Source: an uncultured Verrucomicrobiae bacterium
Lineage (GTDB): Bacteria > Verrucomicrobiota > Verrucomicrobiia > Limisphaerales > Palsa-1400
Assembly (NCBI GenBank): GCA_963707025.1
Contig: CAVPOM010000009.1
Coordinates: 388,347 to 452,346, forward strand
Direction of reading: 5' to 3'
Length of the DNA stretch: 64,000 bases
The notes under the pieces are model-generated. The model was not told the DNA's origin. It saw only the letters and a program-made list of their open reading frames with translations, and did no database searches. Made by a program: the position numbers and the translations under genes. Numbering within the stretch: the stretch's first letter is position 1; each line of letters begins with the position of its first letter. Below are positions 32,415 through 42,731 of the stretch, piece by piece.

Positions 32415-32569
32415 AGATGGATGAGGACGGCGACCATTCGTTCGGTCCCATGTGAATCTGTGCTTTGGCCGTCCGTGTTCCGCCTTGCGCTTTGCGCTTA
32501 CCCTTCACCCCGCAAGCCACGGCTCTCCGTGATTGACTCCAAACCCCTCCCGGCATTAAACCATCACCA

Positions 32570-33786
32570 ATGACCAATCTCTCAAGTTTAACGACAGCCC
32601 AACTCAACCGCATCATTGTCATCAAGGAGCAGATCGAGGCGCTGCAAAACCAGATCAAAACAATTGTTGCCGGCCGTGGTGGTAAAATCCCAATCCCCTC
32701 TGCCGCGGAAGCCCCAGTGCCCGCCAAGCGCAAATTATCTGCCGCCCATCGCCGCAAACTTGTAAAGGCTCTGGCGAAGGCACGGAAAATACGCCGGGCC
32801 AAGATCAAAGGTGAAGCAGCAACGGATTCCAAGCCGGTCAAAAAGAAGGGTCGGCGCAGCAGTCGAGCGGGCAATAAAGGCAGGGAAGCAGAAGTCCGTG
32901 AAACGGGCCGTGGATTGGTGGAGCATTTGGATGAGATTGGCAGCCAGCAAGGTCATGCCCAACTCATCCCGTATTTGATGAAATTCAGGATTCATTACAG
33001 GGATGATAGCCGCGGACAGGGCGGAGGACATTGCTTCCGGGTTAAAGTCCGCGATCCATTCCATCCCGACACGATGCCGGATTGGCTGAAACTTTCCCAT
33101 GAACAATTCCCGGAACTTGGAGAGGCGATTTACAGTTTTGCAGACCGACACCGGGACAGGGTGTTGCGCCGGCATGAACGCAATGCCAGCGTCAACGGGC
33201 TGTCGAACTTCATTGATGTCGTGGTCGCAACGAGCAAGGTGCTGTTTGTTTATCTGCGGCGCGGGGTTTTGACACAGCCCCAGGTCACTGCACGATTGCG
33301 GGAGTATCTGAACATCTTCACGGGGAGCATTCCGGAATACAGAGACGAGGAGGCAACCGGATACCTGGCCCGGATATATTCCAATGGCAATGGAAACCCA
33401 GGGCAACTGCAGAAGACATTTGAGGAGCACAACGTATCGGGGCATCTGCACGCCTTGCTGCGGGTTGCGCAAGTGGTGCGGGGCAGCGCGGATGGTTCCG
33501 ATGCAAGCCAGGCGGGAAGCCAGCTTCCAATGCTGGTGGATCAGGTCGAGGGCTTCGAGAATAGGATTGGGCTTGGCAGGGCAACGCCGGCGCAGATTGG
33601 CAGGGCGCTGGAGGATTACGAAATGCTGACCAAGCAGGAACTGGCATTGTGGACCAAAGATTTGAGTGAAGCAGGGAGTGAAGTTAGTGTTGAAATCCGT
33701 CAATCCGGGCGGTGAGGGCCAAACTTTCAGCGGCGGCCAGAGCGAGATGGGCGAAGGTGAGGGCGGAGGGGAAGACGACGTTGTAA
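32570..33786 (+). pseudogene. Lys/Ala/Arg-rich histone-like protein gene split by an ~0.84 kb insertion, giving chimeric ORF 32570-33715
   Basis: N-part ends KKKGRRSSRA; C-part VRAKLSAAARARWAKVRAEGKTTL* resumes at ~33712; GCGG repeated at both junctions. Confidence 0.7.
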
Positions 33787-33955
33787 TCGGCAAAAGAACT
33801 CGGAAAGCCGGAAAACGCGCTTGACATCGGCTCCCGCAGGCAGAAAATTATCCGAAATGAACACGGCACAAAAAGGCATTCCCTACCAGTACTACGCGTT
33901 CAAACAGCCCAATGCTGCGAAATGAAATGGCCAAGGTTTCAACAAAGGAAAGAAA

Positions 33956-35901
33956 ATGAATTGTCCAAGATGTAGTTCAAATATGGAGAATGTGCAGATC
34001 GGGCAAGAGCAGATTGGCCGCTGCACACAATGCGGCGGTCTGTGGTTTGATGAATTTGAGCTGGACGATTTGCGCGCCCAAAAGGATTCGGAAAGAATTG
34101 ATACAGGAGAGCCAAACGCAGTAAGCGATCCGAACGCGAAACTCGAGTGTCCCAAATGCACAGCGCCCATGCTCCGAATGGTTGAGCTGGACCCCTATTT
34201 TTAGACCACAGGTAAGTTTCGATTTTTGCCGGTTTGCTGTAGATAAGAAAGAGCAGACTTATGAAAGCAAAACGGAAAAGACACAGTGCGGCCTTCAAGG
34301 CCAAAGTGGGATTCGAAGCCCTGGTGGGGCTGAAGACGGTCGCGCAATTGGCGCGAGAGTATGCGGTGCATCCGGCGCAGGTCACGCAGTGGCGGGCGAC
34401 GATTCGGGATCACATGCCCGAATTGTTTGAGCCCGGGCAACCCCGCACGGAGGATCAGGAACAGTTGATTGCCCAACTGCATGAGAAGATTGGCCAACTG
34501 ACGGTGGACTTGGACTGGCTTAAAAAAAAGTCCAGGCAACTGGGGCTTTAACATGTTTAATCGCTCCCGATCCGCAGCTCAGCGTGCGGCGCCAGTGCGA
34601 GCTGCTGGCGGTGTGCCGTGGCAGTTATTATTACCAGTGCTGTCCGGAGACAGAGGAGAACCTGGCGCTGATGCGGCGGTTGGACCAGATGCATTTGGAC
34701 CACCCGGTTTATGGCAGCCGCAAACTGACCGTGCTGTTGCGCCGGGAGGGTTTGACCATCAATCGCAAACGGGTGGTGCGGCTGCTGCGGTTGATGGGGA
34801 TCGAGGCGATTTACGCCAAGCCCAAGACGAGTCTGCGGGAGATGGGGCACCAGATTTATCCGTATCTGTTACGCAATTTGGCAGTGACGGGACCGGATCA
34901 GGTTTGGTGTTCGGACATTACGTATGTGCCTATGGCAACTGGGTTTATGTATTTGGTGGCGGTGATGGATTGGTGGAGTCGTTACGTGCTGGGATGGCGC
35001 TTGAGCAACACGTTGGAGGCGGACTTTTGTGTGGACGCTTGGGAGGCGGCGTTGCGGGCGGGGCGTCAGGCGCCGTTGATTTCCAATACCGACCAGGGAT
35101 CGCAGTTCACCTCCCCGATGTTTATCGATGCGGTGGAATCGGCGGGGGTGGACGTGAGCATGGACGGACGGGGTCGCTGGATGGACAACCGGTTTATCGA
35201 GCGGCTGTGGCGGAGCGCCAAGTATGAGGACATTTATTTGCAAGACTATGGCGACGGGTTGGCGGCAGGGCGCGGACTGGGCCGGTGGTTTGACGGCTAC
35301 AACCGGGAACGACCGCACCAGGCGTTGGGCTATGCGACGCCGGCGGACGCGTATTTTGATCCCGGCACGCATGGAGCCCAACCGGCCAAATGGGAAGCGA
35401 TGCAACCTGCCAGAGGCAGGAGCGATCGCAGCACTTGACAGAGAGGCAGGCGGCAGGAAAAGGCTTGAAATCAGACCGCCTGCGGCGGTAGAGTTGAGAA
35501 CCCTAAGAAAACGGAGAGGGAGGACGGGCAGTGCTCCGCATCGCTCGTTCTCTCTTTCGAAAGGGTTTTGAAACACGGAATGAACAGTAGTCAACTACAA
35601 TTAGTAATGACAGCAATCGGCAAAAGTCGCGCTTATTTCATGCGCTCCGTGGTCTAAAGGATGGGGTCCACCTCAGGTTGACATCGAGCACCCTCACATT
35701 TGGTATGAAACGTGTGACGTTTGCGGCGGAAGCTTTCTGGATGCGGGTGAATTCAAAGAAATGAAACGACACAACCTTGTCGAAAAGATCAAAGACCTCA
35801 TGGCGGAATTGAAGGGCGGCAGGACCCCCCGTTACGAAAAAATTGTCGCCGGCGGTTCTTTGAAAAATTCTTCAATAATCAGGTCGTCACCCGACTGCTA
35901 A
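33956..35901 (+). pseudogene. Tandem Zn-ribbon (zf-TFIIB-like) protein interrupted by IS3 copy B
   Basis: CPRC..CTQCGGLWFD..CPKC; removing the IS restores MLRMVDIEHPHIWYETCDVCGGSFLDAGE...*. Confidence 0.88.
34183..35675 (+). mobile_element. IS3-family element, variant 2, copy B (1493 bp; orfA 34261-34551, orfB 34584-35438)
   Basis: Near-identical to copy A; target duplication GGT (34180-34182 / 35676-35678). Confidence 0.97.
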
Positions 35902-35933
35902 AAAAAGAGCCCGCCCGCAGGCGAACTCTTTTT
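35900..35933. terminator. Probable bidirectional intrinsic terminator
   Basis: AAAAAAAGAGCCCGCC-CGCA-GGCGAACTCTTTTT between convergent genes. Confidence 0.7.
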
Positions 35934-35942
35934 CCACCCTCG

Positions 35943-37502
35943 TCAGGCGGCAATTCTCCTGAGACCTCCTCCCGCCTCCTGCGTTGATGTGGCCAGCCGC
36001 GCCCGCCCTTTTGCCCAATTCCTCAACCCGGTGATTTGCTCTGCCATCAGTTTGGACAACGGCACAAAATCGGTGAGAATCCGTGCCACGTCCAAATCCA
36101 CCGGCTCCCGGTCACTGTCAAAGGCCAGGAACAACGAATCGGCGAACACGCTTTCGATCTCGCTCCCTGTCAACCCTTCCGTCGCCCTGGCCAATTGCAC
36201 CAAGTCAAAGTCGGAAGGGTTGCGGCCATATTTCCGGATTTGAATGCCCTAAATCGCTTCCCTTTCATTCTGGTTCGGCAGGTCCACAAACATCAACTCG
36301 TCAAACCTGCCCTTCCTCAGCATTTCAGGCGGGAGCTGGGACACGTCATTGGCTGTGGCCACCACGAAGACAGGACTTTTCTTTTCCTGCATCCAACTGA
36401 TGAAGCTCCCGAACACCCTGGCCGAGGTGCCGCCATCGGTTGATCCTGAACTTTTGCTCCCGGCAAAACCCTTCTCCAATTCCTCAATCCAGAGACAGCA
36501 CGGGGCGATGGCTTCTGCGGTTTGGATCACGGAACGGAGGTTGGATTCACTTTGACCCACCAGACCAGCAAAGATCCGGCCGGCGTCCAACTTCAGCAAA
36601 GGGACTCCGAAGACCCTGGCCGTGGCTTTGGCCGTGAGGGACTTTCCGGTTCCGGGAATTCCGATAATGAGCAGGCCCTTGGGTGTTGGCAGACCGTATT
36701 CGATGGCTTTTTGGCTGAAGGCATTTCTCCTCTTTAACAACCATTCCTTCAACACATCCAGCCCGCCAATGGATTCCAGCGATTCTTTGGCTTCGACAAG
36801 TTCCAGGAGCCCGTTTTTCTTCACCGCCTGGGCTTTCTCCCTGGCCACAATATCCGGGTTTATCCCCTTTGATTCCACCACCGACAGGGCGAAGGCGTTC
36901 TCCGCCTCAATGGTGGTCAGCCCGGAAGCAGCATCAATCGCCTTCTCCCTGGTTTCCTGCTCCATTGATTTGATGCCGGCCGATTCCATGATGCCGCTCA
37001 GGACAACCCGCAGTTCCTCCTTCCCAGGCAGGGCGATTTCGATGACCGTCAGTTCGCGCTCCAGTTCAGGCGGCAGGCACAACCGGCAACCCAGAATAAT
37101 CAGGGTCTTGTATTTGGTCTTGGCCTCCTGCAACACGTCCTTCAATTGGCGGATCAGTATGGGGTTGGGATCCTGGAGGAACAGATGAAAATCCCGCAAC
37201 AGGATGATCGTCTTCTCCTTCATATCCCGGATGGCCAACAATGCTTCCAGGGGATCATTGGCGGCGGTGGCGGTGTTTTTTGCGGTGTCAACCAGGCCGT
37301 CCACCGCGCTCCAGAGGACCAGGTTGTATTTGAGTTCCCGGGCGATGGATTTCATTTCGAGGTTGACCCTTTGCTCCTCATGGGAAACCAGATAAAGCCC
37401 TGGGTAGCCGGCTCGGATGTGGTTGATGATTCTTCCCTTCATCTCAGACGGCGATTTTGCGATGTCCGAGCTTGGGGATTTGGCAGATGTGATTTTTGGC
37501 AT
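35943..37502 (-). pseudogene. AAA+ ATPase (Ycf46-like, integrative-element associated) with an in-frame stop at 36249-36251
   Basis: GIPGTGKSL Walker A; LWIEELEK Walker B; LRKGRFDE; frame continues after TAG (likely TGG>TAG) to 35943. Confidence 0.85.
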
Positions 37503-37616
37503 GGTGTATTTGCTCCTTTTGTTGGGGTTGTGGTTGGTGACTTCGGTAATCGTGTGTGGCTGTGCAGTTTTGATCCGCCGTGCCCATGTCCACAAAACGT
37601 GTATGTTTGCACGAGC

Positions 37617-37860
37617 GGCTGAGAATGAGAGCCGGCAACTCTTTGCCACGCTCCAAAGCAACGTGGACCGGGATATTCAGAACTCGGGATTCCTGCCCGG
37701 GACCAACGGCAATGGCAATCGTAACGCTGGCGACGGCAACGGCCGCCGGTCAACCTGGCTGATGTCACTCACCTCTTTGCGGACGGTCAGCGAGTACTGG
37801 TGTGACGAATAACCCGGCAAGCCGAGTTTTTTGCAATAATTGGCTTCGAGCACAATCATG
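37617..37860 (-). pseudogene. Integrative-element hypothetical gene broken by an internal micro-inversion
   Basis: Minus strand MIVLEANYCKKLGLPGYSSHQYSL...SQV; its continuation ENESRQLFATLQSNVDRDIQ lies on the plus strand. Confidence 0.65.
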
Positions 37861-37951
37861 GTGTGATTCTCCTTTCGTTGAAACGAAAACACCCGGTTCA
37901 TCACCGGGCGCTTTGATCCGTGTTTGTTGATTTACGAGCAGCCGCCATGGA

Positions 37952-38779
37952 TCAAGAGGCGGCCTCCGTTTTGTTTGGTTGGAAATGCAGTTGCAGGGTG
38001 GGATTGGCTGGCACGACGGCCTCGCTGGCGAACTTCACGTTGATCGCCGTGAATTTGCCCTGCCCCCACCGGCCCTCATTCTCCAGCCAGCGCCGGACGA
38101 ACTCCGCCACCGATTGTCGGCAGGTATGGCGCACCACCTCCAGCCGCCGATGATCGTTGGCGTATTGGGACAGCACCGGCGTCAAATCCCGGCGCAGTTC
38201 CTCCAGAAGGTCCAAGGGCGTGCCTCTGGCCCAGCCGCGTGCCGTTGTCTCCTGAATTTCATCGGTGTGAATGGCGGGCGGCAAACTGCACCTTATTTCA
38301 GGGGCGCAAACAATCAGCGTGCCGCCGCCAATGTGAAGTTTCCAGGTGTCGTAGAGCCGAATGTGATACCGGTACGTTACGGGAACGGTCATCCGCGCCT
38401 GGTTGGTTCCCAGGTTGATGCCCAAAAACCGCCTGGCGTTGCTGCGTTCCAGCACTTCGGTCTGCTTGGAACTGGCCACTTCCAGGTTCATTTCCCGGGT
38501 CAGGGTGGGCAGGGCGGCGATGAAGGTGTGCGTGATGTTTTCCTCGTTGAACCGGGGATCCGGCAGCAAATCCTTCACCGTCGGAATCTTTCCCGATTTG
38601 CACAGGGCAATGATTACGGGAATTGCCAGTAACGCCAGGAGCGCCAGCACGACCGGCGCCGCCAGGATCAACGGGTTTGGCAGAAGGGATGCCGGTGTGC
38701 AGCCGCAGAAAAACAGTGAAAACAACGGGATGCCCAAATGAATTAAATATTTGCGGTTCAAATTTCCTTTCGAAAGCAA
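37952..38779 (-). CDS. Membrane-anchored hypothetical protein (DUF4230-like)
   Basis: N-terminal TM; LEVAS..TEV, VPVTYRYHI, LPPAIHTD. Confidence 0.6.
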   Translation of the reverse strand: MLSKGNLNRKYLIHLGIPLFSLFFCGCTPASLLPNPLILAAPVVLALLALLAIPVIIALCKSGKIPTVKDLLPDPRFNEENITHTFIAALPTLTREMNLEVASSKQTEVLERSNARRFLGINLGTNQARMTVPVTYRYHIRLYDTWKLHIGGGTLIVCAPEIRCSLPPAIHTDEIQETTARGWARGTPLDLLEELRRDLTPVLSQYANDHRRLEVVRHTCRQSVAEFVRRWLENEGRWGQGKFTAINVKFASEAVVPANPTLQLHFQPNKTEAAS

Positions 38780-38812
38780 AACGCCCCGGTTTAAGGCCGG
38801 GGCGATTGCGTG

Positions 38813-39025
38813 TTATTGTGGGTGACATGGCGGCGGAGCGTCATGGAGAACCATGGCATCCGCGCCATGGTCGGTGGGGCGTTGCGGTTCCGATTCGCGC
38901 AACGCCCTTTCCAGAATTTCGTTGGTGAGATCGGTCATCGGGCGGCCCTGTCTTTTGGCTTCATGGTACAGCGCCGTGACCAAATGCCGTTTGATGGCGG
39001 GTGAATAATGTCGTGGTCTGGACAT
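38813..39025 (-). CDS. Small ribbon-helix-helix-like hypothetical protein of integrative elements
   Basis: YSPAIKRHLVTALYHEAK..GRPMT; followed by hairpin CGCCCCGG-TTTAAGG-CCGGGGCG at ~38782-38804. Confidence 0.65.
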   Translation of the reverse strand: MSRPRHYSPAIKRHLVTALYHEAKRQGRPMTDLTNEILERALRESEPQRPTDHGADAMVLHDAPPPCHPQ

Positions 39026-39192
39026 GGATTCTCCGGGTTGAAGGGTTCATGTGAAACGGCGCGTCCTTGGAAAGCGCCGGGAGTGAACAGGAAACAGTCT
39101 CCTGTTCATCTTTATATAACACGAAATGGGGGCTTATTGCTCCGGTACCGGTGGTCAGAATCCCGCGCGGATTCCGGGGGATTCGAGCAGAC

Positions 39193-41526
39193 ATGACTAA
39201 AGAACGAAAAACGAAATTGCTGCAAGGAATGCTCGACACGGTTCGAGAGCTTCTTGACCCCGTCTCGGGTGGAGCCACCGAAACCAAAACGTGGAATTGG
39301 TGGAATCCTGGCATTAAGCGATTTCGCGCCAGTTGGGCATTCCGTGGAATGGATGAGGATTATCCTGATGTGGAAACGAAACTCCAGCGAATGGGAGATA
39401 ATCACGGCAAAGTGGTGGAGTTGTTCATGCTCAGAAACTTCAAGAAATACGCGGACCCAAGCGCGGTTCAAGGGGAATCCGACTGGCATTGGCTCTCGGT
39501 CATGCAACACCATGATTTGCCAACCCGCTTGTTGGACTGGACCAACTCTCCGATTGTCGCCCTCCATTTCGCAATCCAAGATCTGAAAAAATACGACAAA
39601 AACGTCGTTGTTTTGATGGTAAACTTTGCGGAAGCACATAAGCGGAATCGAAAGAAAGGTGGCATATATCTCACCGAGCACGACCAAAGGCACGCCTCCG
39701 CATATACGGTGGATGAACTCGCACGAAAATACGTAACATTAAAGTCCTTCGATAGACACTTCCCAAAGGACGGCATCGTGTTTTTTGAGCCTCCCTCTAT
39801 TGACCAACGGATCGCCAACCAATACGCATTGTTTTCGGTCATGCCAGGCCCACACTTGAAGCCACAAAGTTGGTTAAAGGCCAACCCGGCTTGCTATCGC
39901 AAAGTCATAATTCCCAGTCACCTCAAGCCGATGATAAGGGATTTCTTGGACCAGATGAACATCACCGAACGTGTGCTTTGAGGTGGACCCCATCCTTTAG
40001 ACCACGGAGCGCATGAAATAAGCGCGACTTTTGCCGATTGCTGTCATTACTAATTGTAGTTGACTACTGTTCATTCCGTGTTTCAAACCCCTTTCGAAAA
40101 GAGAGAACGAGCGATGCGGAGCACTGCCCGTCCTCCCTCTCCGTTTTCTTAGGGTTCTCAACTCTACCGCCGCAGGCGGTCTGATTTCAAGCCTTTTCCT
40201 GCCGCCTGCCTCTCTGTCAAGTGCTGCGATCGCTCCTGCCTCTGGCAGGTTGCATCGCTTCCCATTTGGCCGGTTGGGCTCCATGCGTGCCGGGATCAAA
40301 ATACGCGTCCGCCGGCGTCGCATAGCCCAACGCCTGGTGCGGTCGTTCCCGGTTGTAGCCGTCAAACCACCGGCCCAGTCCGCGCCCTGCCGCCAACCCG
40401 TCGCCATAGTCTTGCAAATAAATGTCCTCATACTTGGCGCTCCGCCACAGCCGCTCGATAAACCGGTTGTCCATCCAGCGACCCCGTCCGTCCATGCTCA
40501 CGTCCACCCCCGCCGATTCCACCGCATCGATAAACATCGGGGAGGTGAACTGCGATCCCTGGTCGGTATTGGAAATCAACGGCGCCTGACGCCCCGCCCG
40601 CAACGCCGCCTCCCAAGCGTCCACACAAAAGTCCGCCTCCAACGTGTTGCTCAAGCGCCATCCCAGCACGTAACGACTCCACCAATCCATCACCGCCACC
40701 AAATACATAAACCCAGTTGCCATAGGCACATACGTAATGTCCGAACACCAAACCTGATCCGGTCCCGTCACTGCCAAATTGCGTAACAGATACGGATAAA
40801 TCTGGTGCCCCATCTCCCGCAGACTCGTCTTGGGCTTGGCGTAAATCGCCTCGATCCCCATCAACCGCAGCAGCCGCACCACCCGTTTGCGATTGATGGT
40901 CAAACCCTCCCGGCGCAACAGCACGGTCAGTTTGCGGCTGCCATAAACCGGGTGGTCCAAATGCATCTGGTCCAACCGCCGCATCAGCGCCAGGTTCTCC
41001 TCTGTCTCCGGACAGCACTGGTAATAATAACTGCCACGGCACACCGCCAGCAGCTCGCACTGGCGCCGCACGCTGAGCTGCGGATCGGGAGCGATTAAAC
41101 ATGTTAAAGCCCCAGTTGCCTGGACTTTTTTTTAAGCCAGTCCAAGTCCACCGTCAGTTGGCCAATCTTCTCATGCAGTTGGGCAATCAACTGTTCCTGA
41201 TCCTCCGTGCGGGGTTGCCCGGGCTCAAACAATTCGGGCATGTGATCCCGAATCGTCGCCCGCCACTGCGTGACCTGCGCCGGATGCACCGCATACTCTC
41301 GCGCCAATTGCGCGACCGTCTTCAGCCCCACCAGGGCTTCGAATCCCACTTTGGCCTTGAAGGCCGCACTGTGTCTTTTCCGTTTTGCTTTCATAAGTCT
41401 GCTCTTTCTTATCTACAGCAAACCGGCAAAAATCGAAACTTACCTGTGGTCTAAAAATAGGGGTCCAGCTCACTTTTCCCAGGGCAGGATGGGTTGAGCA
41501 AATGGCTCGCCCGGTATTACGGATGA
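39193..41526 (+). pseudogene. FRG domain protein interrupted near its 3' end by IS3 copy C
   Basis: AFRG, MQHHDLPTRLLDWT.SP.VALHFA, RIANQ; removing the IS restores ITERVLFPGQDGLSKWLARYYG*. Confidence 0.9.
39979..41472 (-). mobile_element. IS3-family element, variant 2, copy C (orfA 41104-41394, orfB 40217-41071)
   Basis: Reverse complement of copies A/B; target duplication CTT (39976-39978 / 41473-41475). Confidence 0.97.
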
Positions 41527-41619
41527 ACCTATCACGAACCATGAACAGCAAAACAACTTTGTTTCGGGGGGATCACTTGATATTTCTGCGCCTCCAAAGT
41601 GGCTGGGAATATGTAAGCC

Positions 41620-41950
41620 ATCCATCACCAACAAACGCAGTTGCCGGTCAAACGTGTAACGTCGCCGTCCTTTGCTTGGTTCCACGAATCGGTTCCCTGA
41701 TTGAGATGATCCCGGATTTTTCGGGCGACAGCCTCAAGCTCGCGCGCTTTCGAGCATATTTGGTTGGCGATGCCGTGGATGACATCGTTGAAACCTGATG
41801 ACCGTCGTGTCGAATTGCTTTACTCTCCCGTCTATTGCTTCGATGGTGGTCTTCGACTGAGCCGCAATCTTGTTGGCGATGGTCGGCCTGGTCAGCGTCC
41901 AGAAGCTTCAATTCTCGATTCCCGTTGAGGCGGCAATTTTGGTTCGGGCA
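41620..41950 (-). repeat. Deletion-riddled paralogous copy of 52737-53796
   Basis: Three collinear blocks match ~52737-52782, ~53193-53430 and ~53763-53796. Confidence 0.85.
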
Positions 41951-41998
41951 CTGTGGTCCTGTTCATGGATATCCCCGCGATCCCGGTCCACAATTTCC

Positions 41999-42027
41999 TT
42001 GCAAGATCCGTGGCGTGTCCGGCTTAC
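41999..42027 (+). promoter_or_regulatory. Putative autoregulatory ECF promoter TTGCAAGATC-N13-GCTTAC
   Basis: 11 nt before the sigma ATG; matches 45711-45739. Confidence 0.6.
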
Positions 42028-42038
42028 TTTCCAATGAA

Positions 42039-42686
42039 ATGGCTGAACCTTTGGCAGAACCTGGCACCGACTCGCTGTTGCCAACCAGGCAAAGCCTGCT
42101 TTCCCGATTGCGGGACTGGCAGGACCAGGCGGGTTGGCGCGAGTTTTTCGACACTTATTGGCGCTTGATCTACAACGTTGCGCGAAAGAGCGGCCTCAAT
42201 GACAGCGAGGCGCAGGAGGTGGTTCAAAACACGTTCATCTACTTGACTCGACGCATGCCCAGGTTCCGCTACGACCGGACGCGGGGCTCGTTCAAATCAT
42301 GGCTACGCGTGGTGGCGCGCTCGCGGATCAACGTTTACTGCCGAAGGGAAAAGGCCCGCGAGGAATTGCTCCGTGAACCAGTTTGCGACGACCCCAGTGA
42401 CGATGCTCTTCGCGACGCGTTTCCAGACAAGGCGGACGAGAGCCTGGACGAAGTGTGGCAGCGCGAATGGGAGCAGAACCTCGTAGCCACCGCTTTCCGG
42501 CACTTGCGCGCCAAAGTCAGTTCGCAACAATTGCTGATCTTCCGGCTGACGACTGTGGAAGAATTGCCTCTAAGCCAAGTGGCCAAGAAGCTCGGAGTGA
42601 GCCTGCCGCAAGTCTATCTGGCGCGGCATCGCGTCGGCAAAATGTTCAAGGCCGAAGTGCTGCGGTTGCGGCATGAGTCGGAGTGA
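42039..42686 (+). CDS. ECF sigma-70 factor (paralog of 24438-25073)
   Basis: PTRQSLLSRLRDWQDQAGWREFFDTYW, GSFKSWL, QVYLARHRV. Confidence 0.92.
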   Translation: MAEPLAEPGTDSLLPTRQSLLSRLRDWQDQAGWREFFDTYWRLIYNVARKSGLNDSEAQEVVQNTFIYLTRRMPRFRYDRTRGSFKSWLRVVARSRINVYCRREKAREELLREPVCDDPSDDALRDAFPDKADESLDEVWQREWEQNLVATAFRHLRAKVSSQQLLIFRLTTVEELPLSQVAKKLGVSLPQVYLARHRVGKMFKAEVLRLRHESE

Positions 42687-42731
42687 GTTGCCTTTGACGC
42701 GCGGATTGTTGATTCTGATTGTATTGACGTC

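Noticed and set aside
41540..41619. MNSKTTLFRGDHLIFLRLQSGWEYVS, resembling a NUDIX N-terminus
   Set aside because: Too short to call; truncated by the duplicated Abi fragment.
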